Sequence record: SRR31156797_661
Length of the DNA: 64,000 bases
Strand: one strand, 5' to 3'
The notes below the pieces were generated by a model, which had not been told where the DNA came from, did not search any database, and saw nothing but the letters and a program-made list of their open reading frames with translations. Shown here piece after piece: positions 1 through 7,848 of this stretch (position 1 is the stretch's first letter; each line of letters opens with the position of its first letter). Position numbers and translations under genes: made by a program.

Positions 1-29
1 TAAGGCCCCCGGCAGGGTCGCCGAAGGCA
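1..29 (+). repeat. 3' end of a dispersed intergenic repeat (REP/MITE-like), cut by the window edge
   Basis: taaggcccccggcagggtcgccgaaggca resembles the tail (taagccgccggagg) of the element at 24074-24179. Confidence 0.45.
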
Positions 30-35
30 TACATC

Positions 36-3000
36 ATGAAAAAATTAATGCGTTTCACTCTTAAGCAGACAGTTTTCATCAACATTGTTTTCGTCTTGTT
101 GATGATTGTTGGAGTCTTCAGCATGGCTGATCTGCCTGTTGAACGTTACCCCAATGTTCACATGGGCAAAGTTGTTATCTCCGGTTTCCTACCTGGGGCC
201 TCACCTTCAGACGTGGAAGCTCTGGTAACCAAAAAGATTGAGGATGCTCTGGATGACCTTGAAAATGTGGAATATATCCGCTCAAGATCATTCCGAGAGC
301 GGACCAGTATCATGGTCAAATTTCTCGATGATACTGACTATACCAAGGGGTTCGATGAATTGCGTTTCCGGGTGCTTTCCATCCAGAATGACCTGCCCCG
401 GGAAATGGACCCTCCTACTTTTACGGAAATCAATGTAAGTGAATGGCTCCCTGTAGTAAGGGTCTGCCTTGTTGGAGACCGTGCCAACCGGGCTTTATCT
501 ATGATGGCTGATGAGATGAAGGTCCAGCTGCGCAAGATTGCGGGTGTGAACGAAGTGGAGGTTGAAGGGGAATATACCCGTGAATTCCATGTAAATCTTG
601 ATCCTCATAAACTGGTCCGTTTCAAGCTGACCTTTGATGATGTGGCCCGTGCCTTGGCTGATGCCAATATTTCCATTCCGGCAGGGGATTTTTCCGCTGC
701 CGGCGGTGAGTATGTGATTGTTGTGGATGAGCGGTTCCGTACCCGTGAGGAGATAGCTGAAACCATAGTGCGCATGGACGGTGACGGATCGTTCGTTACT
801 GTGGGTGATGTGTTGAGCGATGCCCGGGTTTCCTACCGTGATCCGCAGGTGATCACTTCCATTAACGGACGCAACGCAGTGACACTCAAGGTGGTGAAAT
901 CCTTGGATGGCAATGCGGTGACCATTGCTGAGGAAGTGGAAAAAATAGCAGATTCTTTTAAAGTTGCTCTGGAAAAGGAAGGGGTTGAACTTGTCTTGAC
1001 CAGTGACCAGCGGCTGCACATTGAAGATGCTATTAATACATTGGGTATGAACCTGTTGGTGGGTATTGTACTTGTCTTTATTGTTATCTATCTGGTCATG
1101 GGATTCAGGAATGCCATGCTGACCACCATCGGGGTGCCTTTTGCTTTTCTGGTGACCATGATCATCATGAAGCTGACCGGAAACTCCCTGAACCAGATTA
1201 CGCTTTTTTCATTTGTACTGGTCAGCGGGATCATCGTGGATGACGCCATTGTGGTGGTTGAGAATATTTTCCGTCACGTGCAGGAAGGTAAACCGATTGA
1301 AGAAGCGGTTGTGGATGGTGCCTCAGAGGTCTTTCTGCCGGTAATATCAGCTACTGCTACCACAGTTGCTGCTTTCCTGCCCATGCTGATCATGACTGGG
1401 TCCACCGGGGAATTTTTTGCGCAGGTACCCAAGGCGGTAACCTTTGCACTGATTGCTTCCTTGATTGAGTGTCTGCTGATCCTGCCTCCGCATTTTCTGG
1501 ACTGGCCCGGGGCTAAGGGGTTGATGAAAAATCGGGAAAAACACACCCGTGAGCCCGCTTTCATGCGTCCTTTGCGTAGATGGACCGATAAATTCCTTTC
1601 TGTAGTGGCCCGTTTTAGATTTATCTCGCTGGCAGTTGTTTTCGGGGCTTTTGTTTCAGCAATTTTTATTCTCGGGGTATCTATTTCAGGGAAACTGCCG
1701 CTGATCAAAATTAAATTTTTCCCGGACGATTATTCTCTTTACTACATTGAACTGGATGGTCCGGAGGCTACCCCCATTCAGGTTACTTCCGATAAATTGA
1801 AGCGCATTTCTGTATTTGTGGAAAATATGGGGCCGGGAATGGCTAAGTCTGCCACGGCTTTTGCCGGATTTTACCAGAACGAGGATTATGAAATGGTCCA
1901 CGGCTCCAACCTCGGTAATATTGTGGTGGAGTTGCCGGCCAAGGATAAACAAGCCTTTGCTGATGCCCCGGAAAATGATCCGGGTGCGCATCTGGAATTT
2001 ATGCGCAAGGAACTTGAAAAGTATGCCGAACCGGGCTGGACTTTCCGAGTCCGACCGGAAAAAGATGGTCCACCAGCAGGTAAGGATATCAATATCAGGA
2101 TTCTTGGAGCTGATCATGCGTCAGTTAAAGGGCTGACTGCGTCGATCATGAAATTCATCAAGGAGAACGATGATCTTGGTCCGCATCTGGTCAACCTTGC
2201 TACTGATGACGGTACCCCCAACCGTATTTTCAGGTTTAATCCCATTAATGAAAGGGTGGCTGAATACGGGCTGACTCCGAAACAGGTTGCCAACCTTTCA
2301 GGCTCAGTGCTTGATGGCCGTTTTGTGGGTGAATTCCGGCTCTCCGATGAGGATGTGGATCTGCGTTTGAAGATTGATCCCCGCTATTTGAATACCCCGG
2401 AAGATGCTCTTTCCGTGCCTGTGCTGGAGCATAATGAAAGTCCGGTACGTATCGGCGATATCTGCGATGTGTCTATTTATATGGAGCCGGGGCAATTCAA
2501 CCGTTTCATGAGCCAGCGGGCTGTGACTATCACCGCTAATATCAAGTCCGGATCACGTCTTTCATCACCTGCTGCAGTGAATATGGTCAGTAAGTTTTAT
2601 GACACTGTGCGTGCCGAATATCCCGGTGCTACGGTGAACTTCTCCGGTGAATATGAATCTACCCGCAAGTCGTATACTTCATTGGTTTACGCCTTCATGA
2701 CCGCCATTTTGATTATATATCTGATTTTGGCTACTCAGTTCCAATCTTATGCCCAGCCGGTAATTATTCTTTCGGCAGTGGTATTCTCGCTTACCGGGGT
2801 GATTCTGGGGACATTTTTTTCCCAGACCATTTTCACGGTGAACAGTTTTATCGCCACCGTGGGTGTAACCGGGGTTGTGGTCAACGATTCATTGGTTTTG
2901 CTGGATTTTATGAACAAGCTTTATAAATCGGGCATGGACCGTAAGGCTGCCATGCGCGAAGGGGTGCGAATCCGTTTGCGGCCTATCCTTTTAACCACCC

Positions 3001-3200
3001 TGACTACCACTCTCGGCCTGCTGCCCATGGCGGTAGGTTTTCCGTCATATTCACTTGTCTGGGGGGCCATGGCTTCCACATTTGTTACCGGCCTTTGCAC
3101 CGCTACTTTCCTTACCCTGTTCATTATTCCCATTGAGTGGGATTTGCTGATGGGTTTTATGGAATGGCGGGAGAAAAGAAAAATGATTCGTGCAAAATAA
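36..3200 (+). CDS. RND efflux transporter permease (AcrB/AcrD/AcrF family)
   Basis: 1054 aa, two blocks of TM helices separated by large periplasmic loops; GIIVDDAIVVVENI and RLRPILLTTLTT motifs. Confidence 0.95.
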   Translation: MKKLMRFTLKQTVFINIVFVLLMIVGVFSMADLPVERYPNVHMGKVVISGFLPGASPSDVEALVTKKIEDALDDLENVEYIRSRSFRERTSIMVKFLDDTDYTKGFDELRFRVLSIQNDLPREMDPPTFTEINVSEWLPVVRVCLVGDRANRALSMMADEMKVQLRKIAGVNEVEVEGEYTREFHVNLDPHKLVRFKLTFDDVARALADANISIPAGDFSAAGGEYVIVVDERFRTREEIAETIVRMDGDGSFVTVGDVLSDARVSYRDPQVITSINGRNAVTLKVVKSLDGNAVTIAEEVEKIADSFKVALEKEGVELVLTSDQRLHIEDAINTLGMNLLVGIVLVFIVIYLVMGFRNAMLTTIGVPFAFLVTMIIMKLTGNSLNQITLFSFVLVSGIIVDDAIVVVENIFRHVQEGKPIEEAVVDGASEVFLPVISATATTVAAFLPMLIMTGSTGEFFAQVPKAVTFALIASLIECLLILPPHFLDWPGAKGLMKNREKHTREPAFMRPLRRWTDKFLSVVARFRFISLAVVFGAFVSAIFILGVSISGKLPLIKIKFFPDDYSLYYIELDGPEATPIQVTSDKLKRISVFVENMGPGMAKSATAFAGFYQNEDYEMVHGSNLGNIVVELPAKDKQAFADAPENDPGAHLEFMRKELEKYAEPGWTFRVRPEKDGPPAGKDINIRILGADHASVKGLTASIMKFIKENDDLGPHLVNLATDDGTPNRIFRFNPINERVAEYGLTPKQVANLSGSVLDGRFVGEFRLSDEDVDLRLKIDPRYLNTPEDALSVPVLEHNESPVRIGDICDVSIYMEPGQFNRFMSQRAVTITANIKSGSRLSSPAAVNMVSKFYDTVRAEYPGATVNFSGEYESTRKSYTSLVYAFMTAILIIYLILATQFQSYAQPVIILSAVVFSLTGVILGTFFSQTIFTVNSFIATVGVTGVVVNDSLVLLDFMNKLYKSGMDRKAAMREGVRIRLRPILLTTLTTTLGLLPMAVGFPSYSLVWGAMASTFVTGLCTATFLTLFIIPIEWDLLMGFMEWREKRKMIRAK

Positions 3201-3227
3201 TATTGCTTAATTGGCCCCGGACTGAGC

Positions 3228-3689
3228 TTAGTTCGGGGCTTTTTCCATAACTACTGTTTTTATACCTGCTGGATTCATGGTGCCCGGTCCGGTCTGCTTG
3301 AAACCGTATTTTTTGTACAGGTTTACGGCTGGTCTTCCTGATTCTATTTCAGGAGCAAAGGTGGTGACTGTAATGGGGCGTTCGTTGTTTAATTTCTTTA
3401 TAGCATAGCCCAGAAGTTCGTAGCCTATCCTTTTACCTCTGGCTTTTTGCGCTACAGCAAACCATGCAATCTCATTGAGTTCAGGAACAATGACAATTCC
3501 CCCGAGCAGTTCTGAAGTCGAGGCATGTTCTTTTTTTATACAAAAGGCTGTACCGCTTTTAATGGCTTGCTTTAATCCCTCGTGGAATGCTGGTTCATCA
3601 GCCATGGGACCGAATAAGGGTTCCACCTCTCTTGCTAGTTCAATCCATCCATCAAAGTCTGAAATAGTTGCAGAATTTATTTTGGGCAT
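3228..3689 (-). CDS. GNAT family N-acetyltransferase
   Basis: Acetyl-CoA motif A (VAQKARGKRIGYELL) and motif B (AVNLYKKYGF). Confidence 0.9.
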   Translation of the reverse strand: MPKINSATISDFDGWIELAREVEPLFGPMADEPAFHEGLKQAIKSGTAFCIKKEHASTSELLGGIVIVPELNEIAWFAVAQKARGKRIGYELLGYAIKKLNNERPITVTTFAPEIESGRPAVNLYKKYGFKQTGPGTMNPAGIKTVVMEKAPN

Positions 3690-3731
3690 TTGGGTCCTTC
3701 CGGTTTAAAATACACTTTAATGTAATTGGAA

Positions 3732-3761
3732 CAGGGTGGGTCTATTGCTAGGCCCACCCTG
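3732..3761. terminator. Strong hairpin between rsgA and the GNAT gene
   Basis: cagggtgggtcta-ttgc-taggcccaccctg; T-rich tail on the + strand. Confidence 0.6.
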
Positions 3762-3768
3762 CTTTTAT

Positions 3769-4845
3769 TTATCTTCTTTTATTGTTCTTCATGGTCTTTT
3801 TGATCAACCTGGAAAGTGCCTTTTCTTTTGCTTTTCTTTCATGGCGTTTTTTATCGTCCAATTTGCTTTCGATAAAGGCGAGTTCAGTCTGCATATCAGA
3901 GAAGTTCTCATAGCGTTCTGTTTCCAGTGAACCGTCGATCAATAGTTCACGTACGGCGCAGCCGGGTTCATTTTGGTGCGTGCAGTCCCTGAAACGGCAG
4001 TGTTTAGCTGCTTCATGGATCTCACTGTAAGTCTCATCCAGACTTTTGCGGCTTCCCCATAACTGCAATTCGCGCATACCGGGGGTATCGATGACCATGG
4101 CTCCGCTTTTAAGGAAAAACATTTCCTTATGGGAGGTGGTGTGTTTTCCCCGCAGGTCGCTTTCTCGAAGTGCTCCGGTTTTAAGTGTCTCCATACCAAG
4201 CAGGCAATTGATCAGGGATGATTTTCCCACCCCGGATTGACCGCTGAAGGCTACGGTAGAACCTTTTTCAAAGCTTAATGAGAATTCCTCTAGACCTTCT
4301 TTGGTCATGGCACTGACCATGTGGATGTGGATGTTTTCCGCAACACTCTGGGCCTGCAGCAGAGCTAATTTCCGGTCTTTGCAGAGATCAGACTTGTTCA
4401 GCACGATAACCGGCCGGGCACCGCCTTCCGTAACCATGGCAATATAGCGTTCAATGGAGCGGAGGTTGAAGTTTCTGCCTCCATCCAGTCCGCAGACTAT
4501 GCACAGGTAATCGATGTTGGCGGCAACCACCTGTTCCCTATTTCCATTTCCGGAACTGTTACGGGAAAATCCGCTTGTGCGGTCCAATACATATTCAATC
4601 TGGGCGTAATCAGCGCGTTGCCTGAAGACGACCCAGTCACCCACTGTGGGGTAGTCTGAGCGATCCATGGCGGTGTAATGGAAATGTCCGGAAACATCCC
4701 CGCTGATGAGGCCTTGTTTTGAGTGCAGGGTGTATTGCTGGCGTACTTCCCTCAATACCCTGCCGACACTTAACCCTTGTTCTTTGTATGGCTGAAATTG
4801 TTTTGCAAAAAAAGAATTCCAGCCCAATTCATTAATATTCATCAT
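3769..4845 (-). CDS. rsgA: Ribosome small subunit-dependent GTPase A (RsgA/YjeQ family, possibly a paralogue)
   Basis: Circularly permuted GTPase motifs NKSD, GQSGVGKSS, GKHTT and DTPG, plus Zn site CRFRDCTHQNEPGC; start placed at ATG 4845 or 4842, overlapping the upstream stop. Confidence 0.92.
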   Translation of the reverse strand: MMNINELGWNSFFAKQFQPYKEQGLSVGRVLREVRQQYTLHSKQGLISGDVSGHFHYTAMDRSDYPTVGDWVVFRQRADYAQIEYVLDRTSGFSRNSSGNGNREQVVAANIDYLCIVCGLDGGRNFNLRSIERYIAMVTEGGARPVIVLNKSDLCKDRKLALLQAQSVAENIHIHMVSAMTKEGLEEFSLSFEKGSTVAFSGQSGVGKSSLINCLLGMETLKTGALRESDLRGKHTTSHKEMFFLKSGAMVIDTPGMRELQLWGSRKSLDETYSEIHEAAKHCRFRDCTHQNEPGCAVRELLIDGSLETERYENFSDMQTELAFIESKLDDKKRHERKAKEKALSRLIKKTMKNNKRR

Positions 4846-5236
4846 GGCTAGCACCCATTTGCTGACGTTCAATTTTCTCCAGTGCGATGTTTGCAGGGAA
4901 AGGCAATTGGGTAATCAGGCGTGCTGCCAGTGTGAACAGCACGACCTCATTATCGTCGCCGGCAATACGGTTGGTGCGGATAAATCCGCACTTGAGGCAG
5001 CGATGAATAACTGCACATTCTTTGTTTTCTTTTACCCATAAACCAATGGGCTCCATGATACCCCGGCAACCGGAACGGCGGTCACCGATCTTCATATCCA
5101 TATGCTTGCTGTGCAAACAATGGATACAATGGTTGCGGTTCTGGGTCCCGCTCTCCGGTGACGGTACTGTCAGACCGCAATTTTCGCAGATGAACGGGTT
5201 GGTATCGATGTGAATGGTTTTTTGTTGTCTGGACAC
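4832..5236 (-). CDS. RNHCP domain-containing Zn-binding protein
   Basis: FICENCG...RNHCIHCLHSKH...GDR...CRG.MEP...HRCLKCG...NRIAGDDN; GTG start with AGGAG RBS. Confidence 0.85.
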   Translation of the reverse strand: MSRQQKTIHIDTNPFICENCGLTVPSPESGTQNRNHCIHCLHSKHMDMKIGDRRSGCRGIMEPIGLWVKENKECAVIHRCLKCGFIRTNRIAGDDNEVVLFTLAARLITQLPFPANIALEKIERQQMGASHDEY

Positions 5237-5577
5237 GACTCTACTCCTGCAAACACATAAATGTATTTACCTTATCTAGTGAGCTGTCTTTATAAGCGAT
5301 GCTTTGATCGATAGTAACACAAGGCAATGGGATATCCCTGCTGTGCGTTAACACAAAACAAAAAAGTCAGCTAAGACAGCTGTATATTAAACTAATCCTG
5401 GGTAATAACAGTTAGGTGCTGGGATGCCCCTGTTCTGCGGGAGTGGAATGCAAAAAAGACGGGTAGAATTAAGCAAGATACTTAGAATAGAAACATTCTA
5501 AATTTTTAATGTCCTTAAAGTGCACTCCTAGAACAGGAACACCCTTCTCACATTAGTAAACATAAAAATCTCCTTTA
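5237..5577 (-). promoter_or_regulatory. Structured 5' leader, putative attenuator of the RNHCP-rsgA operon
   Basis: uORF plus several overlapping inverted repeats whose mismatches are G-U pairs on the minus strand; hairpin followed by a U-tract at about 5354-5382. Confidence 0.6.
5528..5563 (-). CDS. Putative leader peptide MFTNVRRVFLF
   Basis: Minus strand reads AAAGGAGATTTTT-ATG TTT ACT AAT GTG AGA AGG GTG TTC CTG TTC TAG, with a strong SD at normal spacing. Confidence 0.65.
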   Translation of the reverse strand: MFTNVRRVFLF

Positions 5578-5976
5578 AAAGTTAATAATTGAGCCCGTTT
5601 TTCACGATTAAATTAATTTGTCAATAACAAAGTTAACAGATCAAAAATTTGGCTCCAATACTTAGTAAACCTTGCAGAGTTTAGTTAATGTTAATTTGAT
5701 TTTTTAAATAGTAAATTCTCTATTTTTGCAAAAATGGCAAAAAAAGTTCTGGACAGAACCGTATTATCCGCGCAAGTAAACCTGTTGTGCTTGATGGTGA
5801 TAATAGCCTGCCAGTGTTTTATACATCTCCAGCAGGGATTATGCAGGCTTTATTTCATGATCATTGATTTTTTATGGATGGGTTGCTTCCCGGGGTTTGT
5901 TTTCCAGATGCTGAACTGTTTGTTGGATGAAGGGAAGATTGAATGGAAGATTGTGTAAAAGGGGTGATTGTTTAAA

Positions 5977-7302
5977 ATGGATAATTTACAGAAGAAATAC
6001 GGTTTCTGGACTGCAACCGCTATGGTTGTGGGCATTGTAATCGGCTCAGGGGTTTTCTTTAAAGCCGATGATGTACTCAAGGCTGCTGGTGGAGATCTGC
6101 CTACCGCTTTGCTTGCGTGGCTGATCGGTGGTGCCATTATGGTTGTTACTGCATATGTTTTTTCAAAGATCGCGACTCGCATTGAAAAGGTTAACGGGCT
6201 GGTTGACTATTTTGAAGAGGCATACGGCGAAAAGGCCGGGTACATGGTCGGCTGGTTCATGACCTTTATTTATTACCCGACCCTCGTTGCAGTTCTTGCT
6301 TGGGTTTCCGCCAACTACTCCGTGGGACTCATGGGCATGAAAAATATGCTCTGGCCTCTTTCTTTTGTATACCTGACTGGATTTTTCCTGCTTAACTACT
6401 ACTCCCCGGTTCTGGCTGGTAAGTGGCAGGTTTCCTCCACTGTAATCAAGCTTATCCCGCTTGGCTTGGTTGCTGTTGTTGGTGGGATTACCGGCCTTTC
6501 CAGCGGTCAGACCATGCAGAATTTCATGCAGACTGCCAGTGAAATTTCCGGCAGCGGCGGCGGGCTTGCTGTGGCTACCCTTTCCACCGCATTTGCTTAC
6601 GAAGGCTGGATTATCGCTACCGTAATTAATGCCGAGCTTAAAGACGCCAAAAAGACTCTGCCCCGTGCATTGGTCGTCGGTACCATCGCGGTTATGACTA
6701 TCTATATGCTCTATTATCTGGGTATTTCCGGCGTACTGACCAACGATCAGGTTCTGGCTGAAGGCGACGCTGCACCTGTTCGCGTTATTGAAATGATTTT
6801 CGGCAACGTTGGCGGTACTCTGCTGACTGTGTTTGTTATCATTTCCTGCCTCGGTACCTTGAACGGCCTGATCATGGGTTCTGCACGCGGCATGTTCTCC
6901 ATTGCTTCCCGTGACCTCGGCCCCAAGGCATCTCTTTTCAAGCAGGTTAATCCGGTTACCAACAGCACCAGCTGGTCTGCAATCATCGGTTATTTCCTGT
7001 CCTGTTTCTGGCTGGTTGTCTGGTATGGCAACTTTCACGGCTGGTGGGGTCAGTTCATGGATGTTTCCGAATTGCCCATCGCGTTCCTGTATGTGATCTA
7101 CATCTCCATCTACATCTGGGTGATGAAGACTTTCACCGATCTTGGACCTTTGAGCCGTTACCTCTGCCCGCTGTTGGCAGGATGCGGTTCTGTGTATATC
7201 ATCTGGGGTGCCATCCAGAAGGACATGTTCATTCACTTCCTGATCATCTTCCTGCTTATACAAGCAGCAGGGGGCATGTTGATGAACAGCTCCAAAAAGT
7301 AA
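5977..7302 (+). CDS. APC family amino acid permease
   Basis: About 12 TM helices; IGSGVF in TM1 and FAYEGW in TM6; ATG 5977 preferred over TTG 5968. Confidence 0.92.
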   Translation: MDNLQKKYGFWTATAMVVGIVIGSGVFFKADDVLKAAGGDLPTALLAWLIGGAIMVVTAYVFSKIATRIEKVNGLVDYFEEAYGEKAGYMVGWFMTFIYYPTLVAVLAWVSANYSVGLMGMKNMLWPLSFVYLTGFFLLNYYSPVLAGKWQVSSTVIKLIPLGLVAVVGGITGLSSGQTMQNFMQTASEISGSGGGLAVATLSTAFAYEGWIIATVINAELKDAKKTLPRALVVGTIAVMTIYMLYYLGISGVLTNDQVLAEGDAAPVRVIEMIFGNVGGTLLTVFVIISCLGTLNGLIMGSARGMFSIASRDLGPKASLFKQVNPVTNSTSWSAIIGYFLSCFWLVVWYGNFHGWWGQFMDVSELPIAFLYVIYISIYIWVMKTFTDLGPLSRYLCPLLAGCGSVYIIWGAIQKDMFIHFLIIFLLIQAAGGMLMNSSKK

Positions 7303-7304
7303 TT

Positions 7305-7333
7305 AAAAAGCCCGCATTACGCGGGCTTTTTTT
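7305..7333 (+). terminator. Intrinsic terminator
   Basis: aaaaagcccgc-attac-gcgggcttttttt. Confidence 0.85.
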
Positions 7334-7335
7334 AT

Positions 7336-7397
7336 GATGCTTCCAGCTGATGAGGAAGGTCCCATCCCTTTTAAAACCTTTTAGTTTGGCTTCGCCG
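7336..7397 (-). repeat. Degenerate copy of the dispersed intergenic repeat
   Basis: Reverse complement cggcgaagccaaactaaaaggtttt...gctggaagcatc resembles ggcgtagccccactaaaaaagtttt...gccggagg at 24074. Confidence 0.5.
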
Positions 7398-7431
7398 ATT
7401 TTTGTGTATAGTTGTGCAGTGGAGGTTAAGT

Positions 7432-7725
7432 ATGGCTACACTTGACGAAAAGATTGCTGAACTTAATAAGAGATATGCTGTCGCATTGGGTGGAAGAGTT
7501 GCGGAACTGGAAGGGTATTTGGCTGCTTATGAAAGCGGCGGGTCATCCAGTGATCTGGAAAAGCTTTATAAAAATGCCCATGCTGTGGCAGGTTCGGCAC
7601 GCACTTTCGGATTGCCCGACGTGACGGTCAAGGCTAAAGAGCTTGAATTGGCTGCCCGCGATCGGGCTGACACAAAAATTTTACATAAAAAATTATCAGC
7701 GTTGAAAGATTGCATTTCTTCCTGA
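7432..7725 (+). CDS. Stand-alone Hpt (histidine phosphotransfer) protein
   Basis: AHAVAGSARTFG...AKELE motif; GGAGG RBS before ATG 7432. Confidence 0.85.
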   Translation: MATLDEKIAELNKRYAVALGGRVAELEGYLAAYESGGSSSDLEKLYKNAHAVAGSARTFGLPDVTVKAKELELAARDRADTKILHKKLSALKDCISS

Positions 7726-7848
7726 TTATTGAAGGGTTTAAAAATAACATTTAACTGCTGTGCATATGGATTCCGAATGGTGAAATCCCTGTTTCGGTAA
7801 TTTTTTATGGTTGCATAGTGTTCTCTTGGTGGTTATAGGCTGCAAACT

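Noticed and set aside
5619-5624. Sigma-70 promoter for the RNHCP leader (TTGACA on the minus strand)
   Set aside because: The -35 is perfect, but there is no acceptable -10 hexamer at 16-18 bp spacing, so I did not call it.
5740-5970. Amino-acid riboswitch or T-box upstream of the APC permease
   Set aside because: Some complementary segments exist, but I recognised no lysine, glycine, SAM or T-box motif and no terminator. An Rfam scan would settle it.
6163-7263. 366-aa antisense ORF over the APC permease
   Set aside because: Shadow ORF; no recognisable domain or RBS.
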